64,000 bases of DNA from Candidatus Cloacimonadales bacterium (GCA_963663475.2 CAXXJV010000001.1:800001-864000); one strand, 5' to 3'. Counted from the stretch's first letter, positions 38,980 to 50,145 are shown. Program-made: numbers and translations. Notes: generated by a model not told the origin, from the sequence alone.

Positions 38980-39720
38980 ATGAAGCTAACTATTCTTGGC
39001 ACAGGGCCTGGAAAGTCAATTTTAGGTCAGAGTCATACTGCTTACTTTTTAGAAGATGATTCTCACAAGGTCTTGCTAGATTGCGGAGAGGGAACATGTC
39101 AAAAGCTGTTAGCTAGGTCATTGGTTAAGGATGAAATAGATTTTATTATAATCAGTCATTTGCATCCAGATCATGTAACAGGCTTATTTATACTTCTTCA
39201 GACAATGTATTTGAACAAAAGAAGCAAGGATTTAATAGTTTTTTTACCTGAAAGTTCAGAATCATTTAAAGATTTTATGGAAAAATTATATATATTTAAT
39301 GAAAGGTTTTCTTATAGGGTAATTATCCAGGAATATGATGAAAGAAGTTTTATTGAAATGGGCATATATCCTTTTAAGAATTCTCACCTTATAGGCTATA
39401 AAGAGCTTGTTAGAAAAAGAGGTGCAAGTAATAAATTACTAGCTTATTCAATGCTAATAAAAGGAAAAGAAAGATCTTTGTTACTCTCTTCAGATATTAG
39501 GGGAATAGATGATATAAGAGATAATATTGATAAATGTGAGGTTTTGATTTTGGATGGAATTCATCCATCAGAGGAATCAATCAAAGAAATTATTAACAAA
39601 AAAAAACAAGTCGAGGTTTATATTACACATGGAGATTATCAAAAACTACACCAAACATTCATTGACCAACTTAGTCAAAGAGTAAGGATAGCAGAGGAAA
39701 ATGATGAGATTATTTTATAG
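38980..39720 (+). CDS. Metallo-beta-lactamase-fold hydrolase, RNase Z-like
   Basis: ILGTG, LDCGEG, SHLHPDH. Confidence 0.8.
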   Translation: MKLTILGTGPGKSILGQSHTAYFLEDDSHKVLLDCGEGTCQKLLARSLVKDEIDFIIISHLHPDHVTGLFILLQTMYLNKRSKDLIVFLPESSESFKDFMEKLYIFNERFSYRVIIQEYDERSFIEMGIYPFKNSHLIGYKELVRKRGASNKLLAYSMLIKGKERSLLLSSDIRGIDDIRDNIDKCEVLILDGIHPSEESIKEIINKKKQVEVYITHGDYQKLHQTFIDQLSQRVRIAEENDEIIL

Positions 39721-41203
39721 CACTTTGTTTATTATCCTACTATTTCTTTTTGGATGTGAATCTAATCGTTACAGAAAAGCAGTATCTTCTTATTATGAAG
39801 GCAATTATACAATCTCAATTGAAGAGATTGATACCTATTTAAAAGAATCAAAGAATGGAGCATTTGAGACTAATGCCGAGCTTATTCGCAGTAAATCCTA
39901 TCAAAAATTAGCTCTTAGAGCTTATAATGCTGGCAATTTAGCTTTAGCTACAAGATTTAGTATTTTAGCTAATTCCTCAGCTGTAGATACTTTGTTAGCT
40001 AGATGTTATTATGATTTTGCTCAAGAATCATTTGCTAAAGAAGATATGGCTAAGGGACTAGCCTTTTATGACCAGATTTTGCTAGAGACACCAGAATCAA
40101 AGTTTGTCCCAGAAATTCTTTATTATAAAATGAATGATCTTTATAGCAGGCAACCTGAAGATTACTTAACTGTATGGGATTATTATAAGAACTTATATCC
40201 AAAATATGAAAATGATTATTACGAAATAAAAGCCAGAGAAATAGTAAAAGATTTTACTCCAGACCTTATAGAGGAAGCTTTAGTTATGGAATCTGAGCAA
40301 GGTTTAGAAGTCTTATTAAGTTTTGTAGATTACTCAATTGGCAACACTCGTGAAGTCAAACAAGCAATATCTCAAATTTATATTAGGTTAGCAGAAGAGG
40401 CAATTCTAGAAGATAAATATTTACAAGCAGATGAGAATTTCAAATTAGCAGTTTATTATAATCCTGAAGTTAAAGAATATGTTAAGCAAAGATTATTAGA
40501 TACAGCTGATCAATATCTAATAAAAGGTCAGGAATACGCAGATAAGAGAGATTTTGAGAATGCGTTCTTACTTTTTAATAGAACCTTTGAAGTAATTCCG
40601 GGCTATAAAAAAGCTTTGCAAAAAATTCAACAAACAACAATACTAGTTAATAAAATTGACCAGGCTCAAACTCTATATAATAGAGGGCAAAACTTAGAAA
40701 AAGCAAATCTTAGGTCTATTTTCCCTGATGTAAAGACTAAACTAACAGCTCGCGAAAGAAATGATTATGAAATCAAACGCTATCAGAGAGTCTTAAAGGT
40801 CTATGAAGAAGCCTATGAACTTGACCCATTACCCCTCTATAGAGACAATGTTTTGTTTACCAAAAATATAATTCAGTACTATAAAAATCCTGATAAATTC
40901 GCGGTTGAAGTAGTTAAAGAATATAAATCATTTATAGTAGAAAAAGCTATAAATCAAGCCAGAGATTATATCTATGAAAATAATAGTACATCTTCAGTTA
41001 CTGATAGTGGCTGGGAAATTCTAGTAGCTTCTGGTAATTATAATTATGAAGTTAGATACTCATTAATTAGTCTAAATGATAAGTTATATTTTAGGTGGTT
41101 AGTGAATCTAAGAAGTAAAGAGATTACTCCGATAAACACCCTTTCAGAACATGCCATGGAGGGTAAATTCATAATTGATGAGGAGGACCAAAATGAAGAA
41201 TAA
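39701..41203 (+). CDS. TPR-like helical lipoprotein
   Basis: Lipobox LFGC; repeated A..F..A...P helical pattern. Confidence 0.7.
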   Translation: MMRLFYSTLFIILLFLFGCESNRYRKAVSSYYEGNYTISIEEIDTYLKESKNGAFETNAELIRSKSYQKLALRAYNAGNLALATRFSILANSSAVDTLLARCYYDFAQESFAKEDMAKGLAFYDQILLETPESKFVPEILYYKMNDLYSRQPEDYLTVWDYYKNLYPKYENDYYEIKAREIVKDFTPDLIEEALVMESEQGLEVLLSFVDYSIGNTREVKQAISQIYIRLAEEAILEDKYLQADENFKLAVYYNPEVKEYVKQRLLDTADQYLIKGQEYADKRDFENAFLLFNRTFEVIPGYKKALQKIQQTTILVNKIDQAQTLYNRGQNLEKANLRSIFPDVKTKLTARERNDYEIKRYQRVLKVYEEAYELDPLPLYRDNVLFTKNIIQYYKNPDKFAVEVVKEYKSFIVEKAINQARDYIYENNSTSSVTDSGWEILVASGNYNYEVRYSLISLNDKLYFRWLVNLRSKEITPINTLSEHAMEGKFIIDEEDQNEE

Positions 41204-41780
41204 TAAAATAATCATACTAAGCTTTTGCTTCTTAATACTAATATTTCAAGCTTTTGCTCAAGGCTTTGACCTTAATAAGTTTTCAGATCCTAAGAAATAT
41301 GGCTGGGAAGATTATCAGGATAGAGCTCTATATAGAAAAGATTTAAATTCAAGAAAAGAAATGCTACAACTCTATGAAGTTAAGTCTAGAACTATTAGTG
41401 CAACTATGGCAAAGTCTGCTATCTTTCCAGGCTGGGGACATTATAGTATCGAGTCATATTCAAAAGGCCACACTTTCTTAACCAGTGGAATATTATTAGC
41501 AGGAGCAGGCTTATATTTTTATTCTCGTTCTCAAGATTATTATGATAACTATAAGAATGCTAGTCAGATTGATGAGATTAATAGCAATTATGATAAGGCT
41601 GAAGAGAACTATAATACTGCCATGATCTTTTTAGGTACTTATATTATTCTTTGGGGATATAACTTGTATGATAGTGCTGAATCTACTGAAAGGTATAACG
41701 CAACCCTATGGGATAATTTAATAAATAATAAATTAGATAATATATCTCTAACTCCAACTAGTTTTGAAGTGAGGTTTTAA
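41193..41780 (+). CDS. Hypothetical envelope protein (DUF5683-like)
   Basis: Signal peptide; SAIFPGWGH; YNLYDS; C-terminal Phe; GGAGG RBS. Confidence 0.65.
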   Translation: MKNNKIIILSFCFLILIFQAFAQGFDLNKFSDPKKYGWEDYQDRALYRKDLNSRKEMLQLYEVKSRTISATMAKSAIFPGWGHYSIESYSKGHTFLTSGILLAGAGLYFYSRSQDYYDNYKNASQIDEINSNYDKAEENYNTAMIFLGTYIILWGYNLYDSAESTERYNATLWDNLINNKLDNISLTPTSFEVRF

Positions 41781-42220
41781 TGAAGTATATAAAATTTTTA
41801 ATAATAATTGGCATAAGTAGTATCTTTTTTGCTTGTGGTTTAGATAGGTCTAATCCTTTAGATCCTGAAAATGGTGATATAGGTATTCCCCAGTTAGTAA
41901 CGGGTATTGAGCTTAGTTCAAGTGGACAGGGAGCTGAGGAGAAGTATGTTGATATTACTTGGACAGAGTTAAATCCTGGTGAAGCAGATGGCTATTTTAT
42001 ATATCGTTCAGGATCTTATGATGGAACATTTGCTTTAGTTGAAGTTAAATATGGTGCTCACCATAATAGTTATCGGGATAGAGATAAAATTATTCCAGGA
42101 GCATATTTCTATAAGATGTCATCATTCTTATACTTAGATCCTGCTAATCCTAATGATAATGAAAGGCTTGAGGGTAAGTTGAGTCGACCTGGTGATTCAG
42201 GAATAGTAGTTCCACAGTAG
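41780..42220 (+). CDS. Lipoprotein with an FN3-like domain
   Basis: Lipobox FFAC, RSNPLDP, YFIYRS, YFYKM. Confidence 0.7.
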   Translation: MKYIKFLIIIGISSIFFACGLDRSNPLDPENGDIGIPQLVTGIELSSSGQGAEEKYVDITWTELNPGEADGYFIYRSGSYDGTFALVEVKYGAHHNSYRDRDKIIPGAYFYKMSSFLYLDPANPNDNERLEGKLSRPGDSGIVVPQ

Positions 42221-42223
42221 GGT

Positions 42224-44395
42224 ATGAATTTGTTAAATGAATTAAATAGAGAACAAGAGCAAGTAGTATCAACAACAGAAGGTGCTGTTTTAGTTCTTGC
42301 TGGGGCTGGTTCTGGTAAGACAAGAACAATAATTTATCGAGCTGCTTATTTGATAAATGTTAAGAAAGTAGATCCTTATAATATCTTGATTGTTACTTTT
42401 ACTAATAAGGCTGCCAGTGAATTGCGTGAGAGGTTGTATTCTTATTTCGGGATAAACCCTGGACGTCTATGGGTAGGTACTTTTCATTCAATTTGCTTAA
42501 GAATCTTAAGAAGTGAATATAGGTATACTAAGTTTAATTCAAACTTTACAATCTATGATAGTGATGATCAGAAGTCATTACTTAAGAAAATATATAAGAA
42601 ACTAGGGATAAATAAAGAGAACTTTCCTTTAGCCCAAATGAAATCATCTATAAGTCGAAGAAAAAATGATTTTCTCCTACCGGAAGACTTACAGTTCTTA
42701 AAAGATGAAGGTTTCTCTAACAGAATCTATTTACAAGTTTATACGGCTTACCAAAATGAACTGGTTAGTAATAATTCAATGGATTTTGATGATATACTTG
42801 TATATACTTTAAAACTTATGCAAGAAAATAAAGACGTCCTTTCGAAATATCAGGATATCTTTAAGTATGTTATGATTGATGAGTATCAAGATACAAATGT
42901 TATTCAGTACAAATTAACCTCTCTTTTAGCCCAGCCAGACAATAATATTTGTGTTGTAGGTGATGATGATCAAGCTATTTATTCTTGGCGAGGTGCTGAT
43001 ATTACTAATATCCTTAAGTTTGACAAGATACATAAAGAGACAAAAGTCATTAGATTAGAACAGAATTATAGGTCAACTAAGCAAATTTTAGATTTAGCAA
43101 ATCAGCTAATAAGTAACAATGAAGAGAGACATCCCAAGCAGTTAAGAACAGATCTTGATTCTAATCAAGAACCAGTTATGAGAAGACTCGAAACTGATGT
43201 CGATGAAGCAAGATATATTGTTGAAGAAATTATCAATATTCAAAAGAAATACGGACTAAGTCTTAATGATATCGCTGTTCTCTACCGAACTAATTCCCAA
43301 TCACGTTTGCTAGAAACAGAATTAATCAAATATAGCATTCCCTATAAGATTGTAGGGGGAATAAATTTCTACCAACGTAAAGAAATAAAAGACATATTAG
43401 CCTACCTTAAGTGTATTATTAATCCTTCTGATAATGAGAGTTTTCAAAGAATTATCAATACACCCACTCGCGGGATTGGTAAGACTAGTATTACTGCAAT
43501 TATAAATTATGCAATTGATAATAGATTAGCTCTTAGTCAAGCAATAAACCAAGTTGATAAGATTGATAGTCTTAGTTCAAGAGCAAAAACAGCAGTTAGT
43601 AAATTTGCCAGCTTAATGAATAAATGGAGAGATAAGGTTAATTATCTTAATTGTTTTGAGATAACTAACTTAGTTATTTCTGATATTGATATTATCCAGA
43701 AACTGGCTAAATCTGATGACCCAAAACTAAACTCACAAGCTGATAACCTTAAAGAATTTATTAGCTCTACTTCCCAGTTTAGGGAAGAGTTCTTACAGAA
43801 TTTTGAAGTAGAACCTCAACTAGATGACTTTCTTAATTCAGTCCAACTGTTAACTGATCTAGACCGGTTAGATAGAGATTCTGATTCCGTAAATCTCTTA
43901 ACAATTCATAATGCTAAAGGCTTAGAGTTTCAGGCAGTTTTTATTGCTGGTATTGAAGAAGGATTACTTCCACATAATAGATCAACCTTTGAGAATAAAG
44001 GGATAGAAGAGGAGAGAAGACTATTATATGTTGCTATTACTAGGGCAAAAGAATATCTTTATTTAACTTATGCGAATTATAGAAGAATTAATGGCTTAAA
44101 TGATGCATCAGCACCCTCTAGGTTCTTATCAGAAATAGGGGTTAAAACTTCCAATAGAAGTAATTATGTTATGCATCCACAAGCACCTAAAAGAAAAAGT
44201 TTGTCTTCTGTAAAGAAACCGAATAAAATAGTTAGTAGTGGTAAGTTCAGACCTGGTGATAAGATTCATCATGAAGTCTTTGGCCAAGGAATGGTTATAA
44301 GTTCTAATGGTCAGGGAGATAACATGATCCTAACCATATCATTTACTAGCGGCTTACTGAAAAAAATTAACGCAAGATATGTAGAACTCGTTTAA
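42224..44395 (+). CDS. pcrA: ATP-dependent DNA helicase PcrA/UvrD
   Basis: AGAGSGKT, DEYQD, GDDDQAIYSWRGA, EQNYRS, HNAKGLEF, EERRLLYVAITRA. Confidence 0.95.
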   Translation: MNLLNELNREQEQVVSTTEGAVLVLAGAGSGKTRTIIYRAAYLINVKKVDPYNILIVTFTNKAASELRERLYSYFGINPGRLWVGTFHSICLRILRSEYRYTKFNSNFTIYDSDDQKSLLKKIYKKLGINKENFPLAQMKSSISRRKNDFLLPEDLQFLKDEGFSNRIYLQVYTAYQNELVSNNSMDFDDILVYTLKLMQENKDVLSKYQDIFKYVMIDEYQDTNVIQYKLTSLLAQPDNNICVVGDDDQAIYSWRGADITNILKFDKIHKETKVIRLEQNYRSTKQILDLANQLISNNEERHPKQLRTDLDSNQEPVMRRLETDVDEARYIVEEIINIQKKYGLSLNDIAVLYRTNSQSRLLETELIKYSIPYKIVGGINFYQRKEIKDILAYLKCIINPSDNESFQRIINTPTRGIGKTSITAIINYAIDNRLALSQAINQVDKIDSLSSRAKTAVSKFASLMNKWRDKVNYLNCFEITNLVISDIDIIQKLAKSDDPKLNSQADNLKEFISSTSQFREEFLQNFEVEPQLDDFLNSVQLLTDLDRLDRDSDSVNLLTIHNAKGLEFQAVFIAGIEEGLLPHNRSTFENKGIEEERRLLYVAITRAKEYLYLTYANYRRINGLNDASAPSRFLSEIGVKTSNRSNYVMHPQAPKRKSLSSVKKPNKIVSSGKFRPGDKIHHEVFGQGMVISSNGQGDNMILTISFTSGLLKKINARYVELV

Positions 44396-44406
44396 GGAGT
44401 TATAAA

Positions 44407-45363
44407 ATGAAAAGAATACTTATTCTCTTAGTAGTGGTCAATATATTTTCTTTACTAGTTGCTTTCGATAAATATGCAGGAGAGATATACGAGATACCTG
44501 TAGGGGTTCGTAATATTGCTTTAGGTAATACAGGGTTAACAGACACAAAGGGATACGCTCCAGCATTCTGGAACTCTGCTTTATTACCAGAATTAACTAG
44601 TTCTAGACTTGAGTTAATGCATGCAAAGGAGTTTGATGGGCTTTTTAAATATGATAGCTTTTCTTTCTATTATAAGTCACAAAATCCTGTAGCAATCAGT
44701 CTAACTCGTATTTCCATAAATGATGTTCCCTTAACAAAGCTGGAAAATGGTCAACTACCCTTATCAAATGACAACAGACCTTATGCTTATAAATATGTGG
44801 ATAATAACGATTACTTGCTCAATATTGCATTAGGAAGAAAACTGAATGATAAAATAAATTTTGGAATTAGCCCTAAGCTTACCTATAGAAAGTTGGCTGA
44901 GGAAAATGCCTGGGCTATAGGTGCTGATATAGGTTTACTTTATAAGGCTAGCCCTAACTTTAAAATAGCTTCCAAAGTCAATAATGTGCTTGCTACTCAT
45001 ATTCTTTGGGAAAATGGAAGTTATGAAATGGCTTCCCCAAAAGGACAGTTGGAGTTTCGTTATGATTTTAATATCTGGAAAGATAACTTGATTTTTGAGC
45101 TGGTTATGCGAAGTGATATCTATATGTTCGCTGATAGTGATATTGGCCAATATGATTTAGGCTTTACTTCGGTGAGCAATCATTATGGACTTGCTATTAG
45201 CCCCTACCCAAATATATCTTTTTTAGGTGGCTATGATGTAGATTCAATAACTGCAGGAGTAGATCTTAGAATAATGGACTTCTCCTTGTTCTATGCTTAC
45301 AAGAATAATGATGATGGTGAATTAGGTAATTCGCAAAAAATTTCCTTAGGATATATGTTTTAA
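44407..45363 (+). CDS. PorV/PorQ-like outer-membrane barrel
   Basis: IPVGVRNIALG...AFWNSALL, DIGLLY, C-terminal KISLGYMF. Confidence 0.7.
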   Translation: MKRILILLVVVNIFSLLVAFDKYAGEIYEIPVGVRNIALGNTGLTDTKGYAPAFWNSALLPELTSSRLELMHAKEFDGLFKYDSFSFYYKSQNPVAISLTRISINDVPLTKLENGQLPLSNDNRPYAYKYVDNNDYLLNIALGRKLNDKINFGISPKLTYRKLAEENAWAIGADIGLLYKASPNFKIASKVNNVLATHILWENGSYEMASPKGQLEFRYDFNIWKDNLIFELVMRSDIYMFADSDIGQYDLGFTSVSNHYGLAISPYPNISFLGGYDVDSITAGVDLRIMDFSLFYAYKNNDDGELGNSQKISLGYMF

Positions 45364-46508
45364 TGAATAAAAAGAAAGTAGTTATACTAGGAATCACAGG
45401 TTCTATTGGTGATTCAACATGTGAAGTTATTAGGCAGAATAGAGATAAATTTGAGATAGTCTTAGCTAGTAGTCATAGAAATTTCCCTAAGATGATGGAA
45501 TTACAAGAGGAATTCTCTATAAGTCATGTGGTGGTTACAGGTGATGGCTTTTCTGCCAGAAAAGATGATTATGGATGTCAAATCTATCTAGGACAAGCAA
45601 GCTTACTTGCTTTACTGGAAGACCTAGATTATGATATTGTTATCAATGCTATTTCAGGTTCAGCAGGACTAAGGTCAACTATCACAGTTTTGGAGAGGGG
45701 AAAGAAACTTGCTTTAGCTAATAAGGAATCATTGGTAATGGCAGGACATTTGATTCAGAAATATACTAAAGATAATCCTATTCTTCCTGTAGATAGTGAG
45801 CATTCAGCTATTTTTCAAGCTTTAGGTAATCATAGCACAGAGGAAGTAAAAGAGCTAATCATAACAGCTTCTGGAGGTTCTTTTAGAGATAGAAAATTGG
45901 ATACCTTTAATTCAATAACCTTGGAAGATACCTTAAAACATCCAACTTGGAATATGGGGGCAAAGGTCACTATTGATTCTGCTACTATGATGAATAAAGG
46001 CTTAGAGGTAATTGAAGCCCACTGGTTATTTAATATGCCTTATTCAAAAATCAAAGCTATTATTCATCCCCAATCTATTATTCACTCGCTTGTGAAATTC
46101 AAAGATGGCTCCTTACTAGCTCAAATGAGTAAGCCAAGCATGCAAATACCTATCCTTTATGCCTTAACTCATCCTAAACATATAGAATTTAATAATGTGG
46201 AAACTGACCTTCTTAAGATAGGTGAATTAACTTTTAGAGAAATTGAAGCTAAACGTTATCCTCTCTTTTTCCTAGCCTTGGAAGTAGGAGAAGAAGCTGG
46301 AATTATGCCCACAATTATGAATTCTGCTAATGAAGCCTGTATAAAACTATTTACTGACGGCATTATTGCTTTTAAAGACTTTTATACCATAATATCTGAA
46401 ACTCTCTTAGCTTCCAAACAGGTGGTGAACCCATCTTTAGATGAAATCATAGAAATAAACGAAAACATTTATAAGCAAATTATTGATAGGTACAAAAACA
46501 AAAGATAG
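45363..46508 (+). CDS. dxr: 1-deoxy-D-xylulose-5-phosphate reductoisomerase
   Basis: GITGSIG, LANKESLV, PVDSEH, TASGG, DSATMMNKGLE. Confidence 0.97.
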   Translation: MNKKKVVILGITGSIGDSTCEVIRQNRDKFEIVLASSHRNFPKMMELQEEFSISHVVVTGDGFSARKDDYGCQIYLGQASLLALLEDLDYDIVINAISGSAGLRSTITVLERGKKLALANKESLVMAGHLIQKYTKDNPILPVDSEHSAIFQALGNHSTEEVKELIITASGGSFRDRKLDTFNSITLEDTLKHPTWNMGAKVTIDSATMMNKGLEVIEAHWLFNMPYSKIKAIIHPQSIIHSLVKFKDGSLLAQMSKPSMQIPILYALTHPKHIEFNNVETDLLKIGELTFREIEAKRYPLFFLALEVGEEAGIMPTIMNSANEACIKLFTDGIIAFKDFYTIISETLLASKQVVNPSLDEIIEINENIYKQIIDRYKNKR

Positions 46509-46544
46509 TTAGTAATTAAAAGAGGGGAATAGGTTTGGTTAAAG

Positions 46545-48821
46545 ATGTTGAAGGTAATTCGTAGTAGAATTCATAATCTCTTCATACCTTTAATTTTTTG
46601 GATTCTTGGTATTTTGTTGGCTACAAAACTTAATTACCATTGGACTCTTCATTTAGTGGCATTAGTTTGTCTGATTTCTTTTCATCTTTTTCGCAAACTA
46701 AGATTTTTCCTAATTCTCCTTCTATTCACTTTACTTGCTTGGTTATATACAAGTAGTTTCCTAGGGGAATCTAGCCAAGATATTAGTTACTATTTAAGGC
46801 AAACAGAAGTTATTAGCGAGATGTTCGAATATAAAGTAGAAAATATAAAGAGGACTTCTAAGGGAAGTAGCTATTATATTATTAGTTTAAAGAAACTTAA
46901 CAACTTTCAAATTAAGGGGAAACTTCTCTTATATAGCAGAATAGATTCTTTACAGATTAATAACATCTATCAAAGTAATTTGCAAGTCTTTCCTATAGAT
47001 AAAGTTAAAAATCCAGGTGAGTTTGACTATCATAAGTTTTATAATTATCAGGGGATTAGGGGAAGGGCGTTCACAAATGGTTTAACTAAACATATTGCCC
47101 AGGAAGAAAATCTTTTACAAGCCCTTAAATCCCATATTGTTACTAAAATTCAAAGTATTTATACTGCTAAGTCTCCTCTGGCATTAGCTCTTTTCATTGG
47201 AGATAAGGCTATGCTCAATATTGAGCAGGATAAGCTTTCTCAGATGGGACTAATCCATATTTTTGCTGTAAGTGGCTTGCATGTAGGGATTATCTACCTT
47301 AGTCTTTTAACCCTGATAAATCTATTCTTAAATCAAAACAAATCAAGAATTATAGCATCACTCTTATTAATATTTTATGGTTTTTTGTGTTCTTGGTCAC
47401 CCTCAGTCTCACGAACGGTTTTAATAATCCTAATCTATAATCTTGCTCTTGTTTTTCAAAGGAAAATTTCTTTTCTGCAGATAATATCTATTAGTCTTTT
47501 TATCATCACTATCAGTAATCCCTTGCAAGTTTTTTCAGTAGGCTTACAACTTTCCTTAACAGCCTTTATCGCTTTATGGATTGCTGATCGTGTATTTATG
47601 CCCTATTATTACAAAAGCATAAGAAAATATTCAGTCCCGAAATATATATCTCGACTTGTGCAATATCTTGTCTTCACCCTATCAATAATTATCTTCATCT
47701 CACCACTCTCTGCTTATTATTTTAATATCATAACCTTTAATGCTATTTTAACAAATGTGCTTGCAACACCATTAGTTACCCTCATGTTAAATGTAATTCT
47801 TGTGTCTTTATTTCTCCCCCAAAATTTATTTGTCCAAGATTATCTAGCTGCAGCTTTTACCTTACTGGCAAGAGCATTTGAAGAACTAGTCGTCTTGGCT
47901 GAAAAACTACCTTTCTTTACAAGAAATATTAGCCTTACTGGGATAGAATTCCTAATTATTCTTATATCTCTTAGCTTGATATACCTGCTTCATAAGAAGA
48001 AAAAACTTTTAGCTTATCTTTTGTCTTTTACTTTAGCTTTATTGTTTATGGCAAGAGTCTTAGGTTTTTTTACATTCTACCATAATCAAGTTATCTGCTT
48101 TGCTGCAGGTAATGCAGATTGCTCATATCTAGAGTTTGCTGATGGACTAAACTTAGTAATTGATACTGGGTCTCAAGAGCAAAATCCCGTAATTGTTAAA
48201 ACAGCTCTTATCCCATATCTCAAGAAGAGACATATTACTTCCCTAGCTTGTGTTATGATTACTCACCCTCATGAAGACCATTATGGTGGACTTCCCTTAC
48301 TGGCTGATAATATCAAAATAGACCAGATTATTATTCATGAATCAGCTTTAAATGATGCTAAGTTTTCTACAATAATAAATGAATTGCCAACTGAAATTAA
48401 AGTAGTAGTCCTAACAGATACTATGTCTTTTTGGAATAGACGAGTAAATATCCTGCATCCTACTAAAGACTATAAGTCAGAAAATATGAATAACAATTCT
48501 CTTGTGGCTATGATTAATTATGCAGATAAAAAACTACTTTTTACAGGTGATATTGAAGAAGATGCTGAGAAACATCTTATTAAAGTCTATCATAATGAAC
48601 TTAATGCAGATTTTCTTAAAGTTCCTCATCATGGTTCGATTACTAGTTCAAGCTGGGATTTTCTCCAAGAAGTTGCAGCTAGTCAATCTTATATCCCAGC
48701 TGGGAATAGAGATAGAGAGCAGTTCCCCAATAAGCTTATCTTAGAAAGATTAAAAGCGCTGGAATCTATGATTCATAATGGAAATGAGGACGGGGCTTGG
48801 GAAATGAATTTTGGAAATTGA
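46545..48821 (+). CDS. comEC: DNA internalization competence protein ComEC/Rec2
   Basis: NPGEFDY, HIFAVSGLHVG, THPHEDHYGG, FTGDIE, LKVPHHGS. Confidence 0.93.
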   Translation: MLKVIRSRIHNLFIPLIFWILGILLATKLNYHWTLHLVALVCLISFHLFRKLRFFLILLLFTLLAWLYTSSFLGESSQDISYYLRQTEVISEMFEYKVENIKRTSKGSSYYIISLKKLNNFQIKGKLLLYSRIDSLQINNIYQSNLQVFPIDKVKNPGEFDYHKFYNYQGIRGRAFTNGLTKHIAQEENLLQALKSHIVTKIQSIYTAKSPLALALFIGDKAMLNIEQDKLSQMGLIHIFAVSGLHVGIIYLSLLTLINLFLNQNKSRIIASLLLIFYGFLCSWSPSVSRTVLIILIYNLALVFQRKISFLQIISISLFIITISNPLQVFSVGLQLSLTAFIALWIADRVFMPYYYKSIRKYSVPKYISRLVQYLVFTLSIIIFISPLSAYYFNIITFNAILTNVLATPLVTLMLNVILVSLFLPQNLFVQDYLAAAFTLLARAFEELVVLAEKLPFFTRNISLTGIEFLIILISLSLIYLLHKKKKLLAYLLSFTLALLFMARVLGFFTFYHNQVICFAAGNADCSYLEFADGLNLVIDTGSQEQNPVIVKTALIPYLKKRHITSLACVMITHPHEDHYGGLPLLADNIKIDQIIIHESALNDAKFSTIINELPTEIKVVVLTDTMSFWNRRVNILHPTKDYKSENMNNNSLVAMINYADKKLLFTGDIEEDAEKHLIKVYHNELNADFLKVPHHGSITSSSWDFLQEVAASQSYIPAGNRDREQFPNKLILERLKALESMIHNGNEDGAWEMNFGN

Positions 48822-48942
48822 CTAAACCACTAATTACTAGCTTTTTGCCGAAAGTAAAAGACAATTAGTTTTTTTAAAATAATTCTGTACAAAAAGTGCC
48901 TAGAAAAATATCAGTAAGAAACTAAAAATTAAGGAAGAGAAA

Positions 48943-50145
48943 ATGAAACAAAAGTATCTATATATCATTTTAATTATATTATTTATAAATATCTCTAAAA
49001 TAGTAGCCTTTGATTTAAATCAAGCAACAAACTGGTTCAAGGAATACTACACAATTAGTGAAGAAGATACGCAAAAACTGATACCCTTTGGTTTTTATGT
49101 AAATGAAGCTGGTTTCATGGTGGGAGCTTTCTATTATAATACTAACATACTTGCCAGTGGAGCTCAAACATCACTAGTTGCCATGTACAGTCCAGAAACT
49201 CAAATTTCTACCTTTTGGGCTGATTTCGACAATATTTCTTTAACAGATAAAACAAGTCTCTATTCTACCATCAATATCCTTAAGTTTAATGATGTTCGTA
49301 TCTATTGGAAGGGTAATGATAGTCCTAATATTGAAGCAAGTTATACCCAGTTGCCTGATGGAAGCCTTATTCCCAAAAACAAAGGTTATCATGTCAAAGA
49401 AGGTTGGGCTAACAACTTCAAAGTAGGACTTAAACATCAATTATTAAGCAATAATGCTCTCTATGGAGAATACCGATATAATGTTTCTACTTCTAATAAT
49501 AGTGATGATTCTCTTACTGATGAAGTAATTCTGAGATTTGAATCTTCTTTTCTGGATAATAAAAATAATCCTCGCAAGGGAAGTAAATTCATAGCTGATA
49601 TTGCCAAAAGTATTGACCTTCTTGGACATGATGCTAATAATAATTGGGATTACTATCGCTTATCAGGTGAGATTATTCATTTTATTCCTCTACCTCAATC
49701 AGCAACTTTAGCTTTTAGACTATATAGTGTTCATATGGGAGGTAAGAAAGTTGTAGATGAAACTAGGACTGCTTTCATGAATAATATCTTAAATGATCAA
49801 GGTAGATATACAGAATATGCTCCTTTTATGGCCCAAGCTTATTTAGGTGATTTTGATAATTTCCGTGGTTATTATATGTACAGATTTAGAGATAATAATC
49901 TTTTATCATTACAGATGGAAAATAGATTTCCTATTTCTGGTAATAGACTTTATGGTGTTTTATTTGGAGAAGTAGGAAGAGTTGCTGAGGAATACAAGAT
50001 TAGTAATTTTCTACAAGATATGAAATATTCTTATGGAGCAGGTGTAAGATTCTATTTCAATCCTGATATTTTAGTGAGAGCAGATATAGGACATTCCAAT
50101 GAAGAATTAATGCAAGTGCGTATAATGTTTGGGCAGGCTTTTTAA
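48943..50145 (+). CDS. Omp85/BamA-TamA family surface-antigen barrel protein
   Basis: DNKNNPRKG, FRGY...RFRD, YSYGAGVRF, VRADIG, FGQAF terminus. Confidence 0.8.
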   Translation: MKQKYLYIILIILFINISKIVAFDLNQATNWFKEYYTISEEDTQKLIPFGFYVNEAGFMVGAFYYNTNILASGAQTSLVAMYSPETQISTFWADFDNISLTDKTSLYSTINILKFNDVRIYWKGNDSPNIEASYTQLPDGSLIPKNKGYHVKEGWANNFKVGLKHQLLSNNALYGEYRYNVSTSNNSDDSLTDEVILRFESSFLDNKNNPRKGSKFIADIAKSIDLLGHDANNNWDYYRLSGEIIHFIPLPQSATLAFRLYSVHMGGKKVVDETRTAFMNNILNDQGRYTEYAPFMAQAYLGDFDNFRGYYMYRFRDNNLLSLQMENRFPISGNRLYGVLFGEVGRVAEEYKISNFLQDMKYSYGAGVRFYFNPDILVRADIGHSNEELMQVRIMFGQAF

